Shown here: positions 33,081 to 42,878 of the stretch, piece by piece
How positions within the stretch are numbered: position 1 is the first letter of the stretch
Layout of the letters: every line of letters begins with the position of its first letter
Source: Candidatus Oxydemutator sp.
Lineage (GTDB): Bacteria; Pseudomonadota; Gammaproteobacteria; Poriferisulfidales; Oxydemutatoraceae
Direction: 5' to 3'
Assembly: GCA_965203445.1 (NCBI GenBank)
Contig: OZ241883.1
Span: 1,376,001-1,440,000, forward strand
Length of the DNA: 64,000 bases
Translations under genes and position numbers: made by a program
The notes under the pieces: generated by a model
The model's database searches: none
What the model was told of the DNA's origin: nothing
The model's input: the letters and a program-made list of their open reading frames with translations, nothing else

Positions 33081-33767
33081 TCAACGGACGGGCGCCTGAT
33101 TCGGTGCGTGCGGTTTGGAATCGAGCCACGCGATCAGTTCGGTGACGTCGTCCAACACGGCTTCGGCGCCCCATTGCAAGACGTCTTCATGCTCCGGGCG
33201 GTAGCCATAGGAGACCGCCAGCATCGGCATGTTCGCGTTGCGTGCAGCCTCGACGTCGCGCCGGCTGTCGCCGACGTACACGCAATCGCGCGCACTGATG
33301 CCGAGTTGCCGGGCGGCGTGCAGCAACGGTTCCGGCGACGGTTTCTTGCGCGCGGTCGTATCGCCGTACACGAGGCAGTCGGCGTCGTCGAAGATCCCCA
33401 GGTGTCGAAGCAGCGGCTCGGCGAGGTGGCCGCTCTTGTTCGTCACGATTCCCCAGCGTGTGCCTTTTTGTCGCAGCGCCCACAGCGTTTGGCGCGCGCC
33501 CGGAAACAGGCGCGTTCGCTCGTGCAGGTGGTCCTTGTAGATTGCAAGAAAGCGTTTGATCAAGCGTTCGCTCTCGGTATCGCTTACGTCTTCGCCGAAG
33601 CCCGCGCCGACCATGCCGCGCGCGCCGAAGGAGGCGTGTCGACGCAGTTGTGCGAACGGCTTTTCGGGGCGATGTTCGGCTTTGAGGAGTTGGTTCAGCG
33701 CCGCGGCCAGATCGGGCGCGGTGTCGGCCAACGTGCCGTCGAGGTCGAACAGGACCGCGCGCGTCAC
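33081..33767 (-). CDS. gph: HAD phosphatase, phosphoglycolate phosphatase family
   Basis: LFDLDGTL, TNK, KP.P, GDSRRD. GTG start overlaps the ubiG stop. Confidence 0.85.
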   Translation of the reverse strand: MTRAVLFDLDGTLADTAPDLAAALNQLLKAEHRPEKPFAQLRRHASFGARGMVGAGFGEDVSDTESERLIKRFLAIYKDHLHERTRLFPGARQTLWALRQKGTRWGIVTNKSGHLAEPLLRHLGIFDDADCLVYGDTTARKKPSPEPLLHAARQLGISARDCVYVGDSRRDVEAARNANMPMLAVSYGYRPEHEDVLQWGAEAVLDDVTELIAWLDSKPHAPNQAPVR

Positions 33768-34471
33768 TGCTGTTTGCGGCAGTGCGCCAGGTAGTTGACA
33801 TCGACGTCGCAGGTAAGCGACGCGCGGCGCGCCAGCGGGTTGTAGCGCATACCGCGCAGGTCTTTGACCGCCAGGCCGCCGCCGCGCGCGAACGCCGCAA
33901 GTTCCGAGGGGCGCACCAGTTTGCGGTATTCGTGCGTTCCTCTGGGCAGCAGGCCGAGCGCGTATTCGGCGCCGACGATTGCCAGCAGCCACGATTTCGG
34001 ATTGCGGTTGATGGTCGAAAAGAACACGTCGCCGCCGGGTTTTGCGAGGCGCGCGCAGGCGCGTACCAGCGACGCCGGGTCGGGCACGTGTTCGAGCAGC
34101 TCCATGCAGGTGACGACGTCGTATCGTTCGGGTTGCTCGTCCGCCAGCCGTTCGGCGGCGGTGCGGCGATAGGCGACGTCAAGCCCCGATTCGCGCAGGT
34201 GCAGTTGCGCGACCTTGATCGCGGCTTGGCCGAGGTCTATGCCGGTCACGCGCGCGCCGCGTCGCGCCATCGCCTCGCTCAGCAGCCCGCCGCCGCAGCC
34301 GACGTCGACAACCTCCTTGGCGCGCAGCCGCGCGCGCGCGTCGACGTAGTCGAGACGCAGCGGGTTGACGTCGTGCAGCGTCTTGTATTCGCCGCCGGCG
34401 TCCCACCAGCGCGCCGCGTTGGCCTCGAACTTGTCGAGTTCCATCGGATCAACGTTCGCGTTCATTTTCAT
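33764..34471 (-). CDS. ubiG: Ubiquinone biosynthesis O-methyltransferase
   Basis: NVDPMELDKF, WWD, LHDVNPLR, DVGCGGGLLSE, CMELLEHVPDP, STINR. Confidence 0.96.
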   Translation of the reverse strand: MKMNANVDPMELDKFEANAARWWDAGGEYKTLHDVNPLRLDYVDARARLRAKEVVDVGCGGGLLSEAMARRGARVTGIDLGQAAIKVAQLHLRESGLDVAYRRTAAERLADEQPERYDVVTCMELLEHVPDPASLVRACARLAKPGGDVFFSTINRNPKSWLLAIVGAEYALGLLPRGTHEYRKLVRPSELAAFARGGGLAVKDLRGMRYNPLARRASLTCDVDVNYLAHCRKQQ

Positions 34472-35850
34472 TCCACCCTCTCCCTGGGAGAGGGTTCAGT
34501 CTCTTCCTTACGGTGATTCGCCGCCAACCGCGCCGCAATTTTGCGCCGCCATTTCTCGGTTTCGGAGCACAGCGCTTGTTCGTCTATTGTAGTCAAAACC
34601 CGCTCGCGCAACACCCGCTGCCCGCCGATCCAGACGTCGCTGACTTCGCCGCGTCCGGCGGAGTACACCAGGTGGCCGATGACGTCGTGCAACGGGATCG
34701 CCTCGATGGTGGTGCATTCGACGGCGGTGAGATCGGCGGCCTTGCCTTTTTCTATCGAACCGGCGATTTTGCCTATGCCGAGCGCTTCGGCGCCGTTGAT
34801 CGTCGCCATGTCGAGCGCGCCGGCGGCGTCGAACGGGCGCGCGTCGTCCTGCGCCGCGCCGCTGACGGCGGCCAGCAGCGCGGCGCTTCTCATCTCGCCG
34901 AGCACGTCGAGATCGTCGTTGCTGGCCGAACCGTCGGTGCCGAGCGCGACGTTGACGCCGTGCGCCAGCAGCGAACGCACCGGGCAGATCCCCGACGCCA
35001 GCTTCATGTTCGATTCCGGGCAGTGCACGACGTGCGCGTTGCGCCGCGCGAGCAGTTCGATTTCCTCTTCGGTCAGCTGCGTCATGTGCACCGCGCGCAA
35101 CGCCGGTGTGATAAGCCCCAGCCGCTCGAGGCGTGCAATCGGGCGCGCGCCGTGTTTCTCGACGCCGTCGCGCACCTCGTCGGCGGTCTCGTGCAGGTGG
35201 ACGTGCACCGGCAGGTTGAGTTCGTCGCTGTAGGTGCGGATGCGCGTGAAGGTCTCGTCCGATACCGTGTACGGCGCGTGCGGCGCGAACATCAGGTGGA
35301 CGCGCCCGTCGTTTTTGTACTGGTCGTGGATTTCCAGCCCCTTGCGGATGTATTCGCCGGCGTCGGCGGCATAGGCGGTCTCGAACTCGAGCACGACCAG
35401 GCCGCAGCAGATGCGGACGCGCGCGCGGCAGGCGACGTCTATCGCGTCTTTTGGAAAGTAGTACATGTCGCTGAAACACGTGATGCCGCCGCGTATCATC
35501 TCGGCGATGGCAAGCTCCGCGCCGTCGCGCACGAATTGCGGCGTCAGCAGATCGCGTTCCAAAGGAAAGATACACTCGTGCAGCCAGCGCTGCATCGGCA
35601 GGCCGCCGCCGATGCCCTTGAGCAGGCTCATCGGCGTGTGGGTGTGGGCGTTGATCAGGCCCGGCAGCAGGATATGGGAGTCAAGGTGTATGCGCTCCTC
35701 GGCGTCGAACTTGTCGAGCGCCTCGTGCGTCGGCAGCACCGAGACGACGTGTCCCTTGTCCACCGCCACCGCGTGATCGTCCAGCACCGCGCCGCGCGGC
35801 CTGACCGGCACCACGTGGCGCGCGCTGATCAGGGTTTCGATTGCGCGCAT
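34468..35850 (-). CDS. mtaD: TRZ/ATZ family amidohydrolase (5'-methylthioadenosine/SAH deaminase-like)
   Basis: PGLINAHTH, HAPYT, HLHET, HCPESNMKLASG, GTDG. Conserved position next to ubiG. Confidence 0.85.
   Translation of the reverse strand: MRAIETLISARHVVPVRPRGAVLDDHAVAVDKGHVVSVLPTHEALDKFDAEERIHLDSHILLPGLINAHTHTPMSLLKGIGGGLPMQRWLHECIFPLERDLLTPQFVRDGAELAIAEMIRGGITCFSDMYYFPKDAIDVACRARVRICCGLVVLEFETAYAADAGEYIRKGLEIHDQYKNDGRVHLMFAPHAPYTVSDETFTRIRTYSDELNLPVHVHLHETADEVRDGVEKHGARPIARLERLGLITPALRAVHMTQLTEEEIELLARRNAHVVHCPESNMKLASGICPVRSLLAHGVNVALGTDGSASNDDLDVLGEMRSAALLAAVSGAAQDDARPFDAAGALDMATINGAEALGIGKIAGSIEKGKAADLTAVECTTIEAIPLHDVIGHLVYSAGRGEVSDVWIGGQRVLRERVLTTIDEQALCSETEKWRRKIAARLAANHRKEETEPSPRERVE
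34475..34495. repeat. REP-like palindrome ACCCTCTCCC-T-GGGAGAGGGT in the 3' end of mtaD
   Basis: 10-bp inverted arms, same family as 28292-28314. Confidence 0.6.
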
Positions 35851-36002
35851 CGCGGCACCGTGCTTGAAACTTCGGAGGGAAGCATGGAAGAATTATACTT
35901 GGGCCTCGGGTCGGATTTCGACGGCGGATAGATCGAAGTCTTGATCCGGCGTCAAAAAGGGCGCGCCGGGAAACGGCGCACTTCGACGGACTCTTGCGTT
36001 AA

Positions 36003-36771
36003 TATGAGAAAGTGTCTGATTGTACTGTGTCTGCTGGCGACATCGGGGTCGCTTGCGACTGAGACACGCTCGTCCGACCCGCCGGCTTTCCGGGTCGTCG
36101 GCACCTTTCCTCATCGTCTCCACGCCTTCACACAGGGTCTTATCGTGCGCGGCGATGCATTGATCGAAAGCACCGGGCGCTACCGCCGCTCGTCGGTCGC
36201 AATTCTCGGCCTTGAGCAAGGCGAGGTGCGGCGCGAGCGGGCGCTGTCCGGCGATCTGTTCGGCGAAGGGCTGGCGTTGTTCGGCGGGCGCCTGTATCAG
36301 TTGACGTGGCGCGCCGGGCGGGTGTTGCTCTACGACGCCGACACGCTCGAACCCGCCGGCGCGATGTCCTACAGGGGCGAGGGCTGGGGGCTTACGCACG
36401 ACGGCAGTCACCTGATCATGAGCGACGGATCGGCGGTCTTGAGTTTTCGTGCGCCCGATGATTTCCGCGTCGTGCGTCGCGTGACCGTGACCGAGAACGG
36501 GCGCCCGCTCAAACGCCTGAACGAACTCGAGTGGGTCGAGGGCGACATCTACGCCAACGTCTATCTACAGGATCGGATCGTCGCAATCAATCCGCAAGAC
36601 GGCGTCGTGCGCGCCGCGCTCGATTTGTCCTCCCTCGCGCAGAAAGTCCGCGCCGAGGTGGACGCAGGCGTCCTCAACGGCATCGCCTGGGACGCCGCCA
36701 CGCGCCGCCTGTTCGTAACCGGCAAGAATTGGCCGGCGGTGTATCAGATCGAATGGCGCGTGGCGCGTTGA
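36003..36771 (+). CDS. Glutaminyl-peptide cyclotransferase (secreted)
   Basis: Signal peptide, AFTQGL, ESTG, FGEG, QLTW, EGWGLT, LNELE, VLNGIAW, TGKNWP. Confidence 0.92.
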
Positions 36772-36914
36772 GCTGCACGCGCACGGCTGCCGTTCGTCGG
36801 TTTCTTGATGAATATCGGCTTGTAGTAGGCTACAATCAACAAAGATCGTCGCTTGACCGTGTTTCGTGTTCGGTGAACCGCGACGGTTCCAATTCGCTAT
36901 TGGAGGAATAATCG

Positions 36915-38303
36915 TTGCCTTCCAGAAAGAAGCGTATCTTCGTTCCTCGCAAGACCCCGAGGTTGTTTGTCTCGGCGCGCTCCAGGACCCCCAAGACTTT
37001 CGGATTGGGCAGAAAATACCCGTTTCGCTACGAAGCGAAAATACACGCCGATGTTCCGCACGTGGTGAAGTTTTCGGGTGGGCGCTCGAGCGGCATGCTG
37101 CTGTTCGTTTTGCTTGAGTCCGGCTTGTTGCGGCGCGAGCGCGGTGACGTTGTGGTTTTTAACAACACTTCCGCAGAGCATCCGGAGACTTATCAATTTG
37201 CGGCTTTGTGCAAAAGTATCGTGGAGGAGCATTACGGAATCCCTTTCTTCTGGCTGGAGTTTCAGACCTATGAGGATGCGCGCAACGGGGAGTGGACGCG
37301 CCTGCCATCCTATCGCTTGGTGCAACCGAAGCCATGCTCCAAAAGGGTTCCGGATGGCTACTTCGGGAAAGGCGAGACCTTCGAGGAGATGCTTTCCTGG
37401 GCCGGGTTTGTCCCGAACCAGTTTCAGAGGACCTGCACCAAAAACCTCAAGTTGCGGGTGACGAGATTATTTCTTCGAGACTGGTTCGCCTGCAAAGATG
37501 GGATTGAACGCTTGGGCCATCACGGAGAGGAAAGCCGCCTGGATGATGAAACCATGTACGCGCGACACCGCAAGCACAACGGCGGTGTCCCGCGCAAAAT
37601 CCTTCTTGAGAAAAAGGCCTATCTACGCTCACGTCCCACCTATAGAGCCGAACAGCGTTTCGCAGATTTTTCGGCGGCGTTTGAACCTGTCCGGAGCCAA
37701 TATCTTCGAGAGAGAAGCTACGGCAACGGCGCGGTTTTCGGCGATGACGGCGTTGAATATGCCGCCTTTGTCGGACTTCGTCATGATGAGATGCACAGGG
37801 TCGCAAAAGTCCGCGCGCGCAACGCCAGGGGGGCCGAGTCCGACGGGTATGAGGGCGAACACGTTTATATGCCCTTGTCGGACATGGTGGTTACCAAAAA
37901 GAACGTTTCAGAGTTTTGGAATTGTCAGGATTGGAATCTTGGCCTGCCCGACGACGCCAATCTCTCGAACTGCGTCTATTGTTTTCTCAAGGGGGTGCGC
38001 GGTCTCCAGAACGTGCACGGCACAATGAACGGCAATGGATCGAACGGATCGAGCGTGAACGGCAACAAGTATAGAGGCACCCCGTGCGATATTGGGTGGT
38101 GGCGACGCATAGAAGAAACGTACGGTCGTGATCTGAAAGCAGAGGAACGCCCGATGAAAGAAGGCCGGGTCAAGGGCGATTTCATAGGCTTCTTCGGCGC
38201 CTCAAGCGGCTTTTCATACAAGCTTCTGGCGCAGAACGGCCACAAGCCCCAGAACCTGTCAGAGTTTTCCGATAGCGTCCTGCCGTGCGATTGCACGGAT
38301 TGA
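36915..38303 (+). CDS. PAPS-reductase-like / PP-loop (adenine nucleotide alpha hydrolase) protein with Cys motifs
   Basis: KFSGGRSS PP-loop, FNNTSAEHPETY, RTCT..LK, GLRHDE, SNCVYCFLK, C-terminal PCDCTD. GGAGG SD before the TTG start. Confidence 0.8.
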   Translation: MPSRKKRIFVPRKTPRLFVSARSRTPKTFGLGRKYPFRYEAKIHADVPHVVKFSGGRSSGMLLFVLLESGLLRRERGDVVVFNNTSAEHPETYQFAALCKSIVEEHYGIPFFWLEFQTYEDARNGEWTRLPSYRLVQPKPCSKRVPDGYFGKGETFEEMLSWAGFVPNQFQRTCTKNLKLRVTRLFLRDWFACKDGIERLGHHGEESRLDDETMYARHRKHNGGVPRKILLEKKAYLRSRPTYRAEQRFADFSAAFEPVRSQYLRERSYGNGAVFGDDGVEYAAFVGLRHDEMHRVAKVRARNARGAESDGYEGEHVYMPLSDMVVTKKNVSEFWNCQDWNLGLPDDANLSNCVYCFLKGVRGLQNVHGTMNGNGSNGSSVNGNKYRGTPCDIGWWRRIEETYGRDLKAEERPMKEGRVKGDFIGFFGASSGFSYKLLAQNGHKPQNLSEFSDSVLPCDCTD

Positions 38304-38323
38304 ATAACTGACGGGTTGGAATT

Positions 38324-40078
38324 ATGCTGGATGAAGAGACTGAAGCTGTACAGATAAGGCAGAGAAGCCTCAAAGATTGGTTGATTGACGTACGCCGGGG
38401 TGTAGTTCGGCTGCCTCGCTTCCAAAGAGATGAGACATGGGGTCATACTCTTGTCGGCGATTTTATCGAAGCGGTACTACTAAAGCGTCCTCTCGGTTTT
38501 TTCCTCGTGTTGGCTGTGAATCCTGATAAGCAGCCGTTCGAGACGCGCCCAATCGCTGGAGCCGTCAATAACGGCGAGGATTGCCGGGAGCATTTGCTTG
38601 ACGGTCAACAACGCCTCATGGCGCTTTGGAGGTCTTTCAACGGCACTTATAAGGGTTATGTGTTCTATGCAAAATGGAATGAGGAGGGAGGCCTCTATAA
38701 TTTTGAACAAGTGGTTAGTGTTGCGAAGGGCAAGACTAATCTACAATGGATAGGAAAGCCCGAATCCGAGTTCATAAAGCATTGTATTCCGATTTCCTAT
38801 CTGGGGCCGGAGCAAATTGAACGAGCGCACGACTGGGTTCGTAAAGCGACCACAGATGAGGAGTCTAAGCGTTGCCTAACCAACCTTATTGGCAAAATAC
38901 ATTCGACGATTTTATCAACGCAGTTGCCATATCTCTGTATACCTCAGGAAACTGATCCTGATGATGCGATTGATATTTTTATCAAAGCAAATACTTCATC
39001 GGTGCGGCTTAATCCATTTGATATTGCAGTTGCCCAGTTCGAGGCTGCAACACCAGCCAAACGGCGGCATTCATCCCAGTCGTTACGGGATTTAGTAGAT
39101 ATGGCTAAAAACCGTATCCCTGAGGTGGCTAACCTTGAGGGTGAAGATAATCTTGGTGATTTGGCACTTAAGATAGCTTGTGTTAAGCAGAAAATGAAGC
39201 CGACATATGGAAATTACCGAAAGGTCATACCGGCTTTGGAACATAATTGGAACTCTATCCTCCGAGGCATGAAATGGACTGCACAAGCCCTCGGAGAAGA
39301 ACATATCTGGGATGCGCGCATCTTGCCGAGTACTGTTCCTCTTCGCGTATTGTCGGCACTGTCCCCATTTATTCCTAAAGAGGGAGATAAGCGTGGCAAG
39401 GCAAGACGGCTGGTGCGAAGTTATCTATGGAGATCTTTTGTGACTGACTGGTATGCCAAACAAGCGAATGACCGATTGTTGAGTGACTTCAGAGCGCTGA
39501 AAGAGGCTCTTGAGAATGAAACTTTCACTGTTCTTCCTGATCCGTCAGGACGTCCGGATACCGTATTCGATAGGCCACTTCCCGATGAGGAAGCGCTTTT
39601 TATGGAAGGTTGGCCGAAAAGGAAAGGGATTCTGAAACGGGCTATTCTGGCAGTATCGGTCATAGGGGGCGCTAGAGATATGGAAACCGATGGAAAAATT
39701 TCTGCTGACAATATCCAAAGCCGTCAGTATCATCACATTTTCCCCGACAGATTGCTGAAGGATCATGCAAAAGATGAAGAACCAAATTTGGCCCTGAATT
39801 GTATGTTGCTGGAGGCTTCAACAAATATCAGCTGGAGAGACGAGTGGCCCGGGGACTATCTCATGCAGCGCGTCGAGCAGTCTGGCCTCAAGGGATCGAA
39901 GGCTGAGAAGGCCATTAAGAGCAGGCTCGAATCTCATCACATTCCGAGTGACGTCATTATGAAAGCGAAGAAAAGCGCCAAAGCAGATTTGGCAAAGACT
40001 TATCAATCCTTTCTGCAAAAACGTGCAGAAATGGTCATGGCTGCCTTCCGAGGACTTTGTGCAGGGGAGGATCTGTAG
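38324..40078 (+). CDS. DUF262 (GmrS/ParB-like) + C-terminal HNH-like domain protein, GmrSD-like
   Basis: LPRFQR..W, LLDGQQRL, IFIKANT, C-terminal YHHIFP...N......N. Confidence 0.85.
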   Translation: MLDEETEAVQIRQRSLKDWLIDVRRGVVRLPRFQRDETWGHTLVGDFIEAVLLKRPLGFFLVLAVNPDKQPFETRPIAGAVNNGEDCREHLLDGQQRLMALWRSFNGTYKGYVFYAKWNEEGGLYNFEQVVSVAKGKTNLQWIGKPESEFIKHCIPISYLGPEQIERAHDWVRKATTDEESKRCLTNLIGKIHSTILSTQLPYLCIPQETDPDDAIDIFIKANTSSVRLNPFDIAVAQFEAATPAKRRHSSQSLRDLVDMAKNRIPEVANLEGEDNLGDLALKIACVKQKMKPTYGNYRKVIPALEHNWNSILRGMKWTAQALGEEHIWDARILPSTVPLRVLSALSPFIPKEGDKRGKARRLVRSYLWRSFVTDWYAKQANDRLLSDFRALKEALENETFTVLPDPSGRPDTVFDRPLPDEEALFMEGWPKRKGILKRAILAVSVIGGARDMETDGKISADNIQSRQYHHIFPDRLLKDHAKDEEPNLALNCMLLEASTNISWRDEWPGDYLMQRVEQSGLKGSKAEKAIKSRLESHHIPSDVIMKAKKSAKADLAKTYQSFLQKRAEMVMAAFRGLCAGEDL

Positions 40079-40083
40079 TCACA

Positions 40084-42039
40084 ATGAGGAAAATGCCTGC
40101 TTTGCAATTCGGCCCCGGCGATCCGGCGGGTTTTACTTCTACCGGGCTTACGGGTTTTCAGGATTTGCGGCCGGAGGCCGTGGTGCGGGAATTGGTGCAA
40201 AACGCCACGGACGCCGCGGTCGAGGCTGGAGAGAAATCGGCTCGGGTCCGCTTCCGGCTGCATCCTCTGAAAACGGATGAAATTCCGGGAATCAAAGAAT
40301 ACCGGGCAGCCTTTGAACAGGCGGTTGAAAGTCAAAAAAAGTTGCGTGGTAAAGGAGGAGACCTGCCGTCTCAGGCTAAGGCGGTCGTGCGGGCCATCCA
40401 AACATGTCTCGACAAAGAAGAATGTGATGTTCTGTCAGTGTCCGACAATGGCATAGGACTCGACGGGCGGCGTATGGTGGCTCTTCTTGGTGACGGCATG
40501 AGCGTCAAGGCCAACGAGGCCCAAGCCACCGGTGCCTTCGGGAATGGCCACGTCGTGGCGATTCCGGCTTCCGATCTTCGCTATATCCTCTATGGAGGAG
40601 TGGTCGAGGGCGGCCGTAAAATAGGCAGTGGTCATGCCATTCTGGCTTCTCACCAGGGTGACGATGACGGGCGGCGGCTGAGCAAAGACGGTTATTTCGT
40701 GAAGGAATTGAGGGATGATTTATACGATCCGTACGTTTTCGCCGTGAATAATGAAATTCCCTCGCTGATAAATACCGAGCTGGAACGGATACATGAGGAA
40801 TGGTTGCACGGGAGCGTGATCGTTATTCCCGCGTTCAATCATTTCAGAGAAGATAGCGGATCATTCTGGGAACTGGTATCGAGCGCCGCGGCGACGAACT
40901 TTTTTGTCGCGATTGCACAGCAACGCCTCGCGGTTTCTTATGAGGAAGACGGTCTGTCTGAGGCCAAGGTATTAGACCATAATTCGCTGGCTGCCGTTCT
41001 CGAAACGCACAAGGAGAAAAAGAGAGGAAATTCCTTTTTGTCCGGAAGTCGCGCTTATGAAGCTTTTCAAACGCTGAAAAAGGGCCGCCGGATAGAATTG
41101 GAGACCCAGGCAGGCCTTGTCACATTGCTGCTGAGATGTTCTGCCGACGACGGCACTCGTGCCGATTTGTGTCGCAACGGCATGTGGATTACCAACGAGT
41201 TGCCAGTTTTCCGCAATCAATTCTCCGGTTGTCAGGCGTTCCACTGCCTGGTACTGCTCGACGCCGGCTGTGACTTGCACGACCTCGTGCGGGATGCGGA
41301 AGGCCCTCTGCACAATTCTTTGCCGCTGAAATATCTCGAACCTGCCGAAAGAAGAAAGAAGCTACGAAGGGTGTTCACTGAAATCAGAGAGCGCTTGAAA
41401 AAAGAAGTTCCCCGTATCGAAGCAGAACAGTTTCGACCCGACGACATATTTGTCGTGGGTACTCATGGTGTAGAGCAGGGAGGGATGAGACCTGCATATA
41501 CAGGAACCGCGACGCCTGTACGGAGTCCTCGCCCCAGCCAACACGGCACTGGTGACAATCCCAGGATAAGAGTTGGGGAAGGGAGGAGAATAACGCCCGA
41601 CGATACTGTGAGAAAGCGTCGGGGCGCGGGAAAGCCGCTGGCGTTTGAAGCATTGCCGGTTCCGACGGGGCCTCGTTCGTGCAGAGTGGAGATTATTCCG
41701 TCGGAGGATTGCGCCAATAGCGAGTTCAGAATCGCATTGGACGAAAATCTGGATGTTACCTGTGATGGTGCTGGTCGTGAGTCCTATATGGTGCTGTCAG
41801 ATGCGAAACTCGGCGGCGTGAGCGCCCCGGAAGAGCAGTTGATGTACGACGATGATCACAGGGTTCTCGGCTTGAAACTCGGCAATCTCACGGCCGGGCA
41901 GCGTTACGTCGTCGAGGCGGACTATGCAATTCCCGCCGACGTTTCGGTGCCGGACGATCAGCCCGTCGTCCTTCAGATCGAAGTGTTGCGTCACAGGCGT
42001 GTGGCGGGCGACGCCGGGCCGCAGGAGCCAGGCCAATGA
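40084..42039 (+). CDS. GHKL/HATPase-domain protein of unknown function
   Basis: RELVQNATDA (N box), SDNGIGL (G1 box), GAFGNG (G2 box), long uncharacterised C-terminus. Confidence 0.75.
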   Translation: MRKMPALQFGPGDPAGFTSTGLTGFQDLRPEAVVRELVQNATDAAVEAGEKSARVRFRLHPLKTDEIPGIKEYRAAFEQAVESQKKLRGKGGDLPSQAKAVVRAIQTCLDKEECDVLSVSDNGIGLDGRRMVALLGDGMSVKANEAQATGAFGNGHVVAIPASDLRYILYGGVVEGGRKIGSGHAILASHQGDDDGRRLSKDGYFVKELRDDLYDPYVFAVNNEIPSLINTELERIHEEWLHGSVIVIPAFNHFREDSGSFWELVSSAAATNFFVAIAQQRLAVSYEEDGLSEAKVLDHNSLAAVLETHKEKKRGNSFLSGSRAYEAFQTLKKGRRIELETQAGLVTLLLRCSADDGTRADLCRNGMWITNELPVFRNQFSGCQAFHCLVLLDAGCDLHDLVRDAEGPLHNSLPLKYLEPAERRKKLRRVFTEIRERLKKEVPRIEAEQFRPDDIFVVGTHGVEQGGMRPAYTGTATPVRSPRPSQHGTGDNPRIRVGEGRRITPDDTVRKRRGAGKPLAFEALPVPTGPRSCRVEIIPSEDCANSEFRIALDENLDVTCDGAGRESYMVLSDAKLGGVSAPEEQLMYDDDHRVLGLKLGNLTAGQRYVVEADYAIPADVSVPDDQPVVLQIEVLRHRRVAGDAGPQEPGQ

Positions 42040-42878
42040 GCGGCAGCGATCTGGTGCGGATATTTCCCTATCCGGTGCTTCAGGAGGGCAACCTGTCGTT
42101 TCCGCAAGGGAAATACTCGCCGAAGGTCGAGATGAGTGCCGACGGATGTTCGGCGACGGTGTGGCACGTGCTCAACGGTGCTCCTCTCATCACCCGACTC
42201 ATCGAGGAGAAGCGCGCCGCCTGTGCCTGTTCGGTATCCATACCGATTACCAGTTACCGGCGTGTGCACCGGTCGGAAGACACCGAGCAGCGGATCGAGT
42301 GGAACAAGGACATTGTCGGGGAACCAGCGATTTTGCATCCTGTGGTCGTGTGTCTTGAGCGATTGCAATGCGATTTGTCTTCTGACGACGGCGTTGGCGA
42401 AGCATGGTTCGGGCGCAACGTCATTTTTGAAGCAGGGGCAAAAATTGCCTTGGGATCGTTCTTCCGAACGTCTTCATCGCTTCAGAGTCTCCTGTCCGTT
42501 ATTCGGGATCCCGAGCTTAAGTCGGGGCGACTATTCGTGGAGCTTGGTTCCGAAGATGGGTTTTATTTCACCGTGCACGTCGCCGCCGACCTTCATGATT
42601 TTCTCCAGCGTTGGGGTGGTGAAGAGCGTCGTCTGCACCGAAACAGCATTTTTACCCACGTCGTGAGCCGTTGTCTTGAGTTGTTGGCAAAGGAATACGG
42701 GAAAGAGGAAGGTGATGGAGAGGAAGGATGGCGTTGCCACAAAAATCTGGTGGCTTTGGCCTCGGATCTGGAAAATCGCGGATTGCCAATTTGGGATGAC
42801 GACAGTTTCGTCCCTGAAAAAGTCGCAACCGCCCTTCAGCCCCACGTCGTCCCCAAAGTAGAGGGTGATCCCGCGTGA
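42036..42878 (+). CDS. Hypothetical protein (N-terminal FPYPVL motif), operon member
   Basis: 280-aa ORF with ATGA overlap upstream and GTGA overlap downstream. Confidence 0.75.
   Translation: MSGSDLVRIFPYPVLQEGNLSFPQGKYSPKVEMSADGCSATVWHVLNGAPLITRLIEEKRAACACSVSIPITSYRRVHRSEDTEQRIEWNKDIVGEPAILHPVVVCLERLQCDLSSDDGVGEAWFGRNVIFEAGAKIALGSFFRTSSSLQSLLSVIRDPELKSGRLFVELGSEDGFYFTVHVAADLHDFLQRWGGEERRLHRNSIFTHVVSRCLELLAKEYGKEEGDGEEGWRCHKNLVALASDLENRGLPIWDDDSFVPEKVATALQPHVVPKVEGDPA

Noticed and set aside
36915-40078. Calling the locus a canonical Dnd, Ssp or BREX type 4 system
   Set aside because: The required partner genes (dndB/D/E, sspB/C, pglZ/brxC) are not recognisable here.
42168-42177. GTGCTCAACG matches to the repeat start (also near 58958 in gatB)
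   Set aside because: Only 10 bp, inside coding sequence, with no hairpin or remainder of the repeat.
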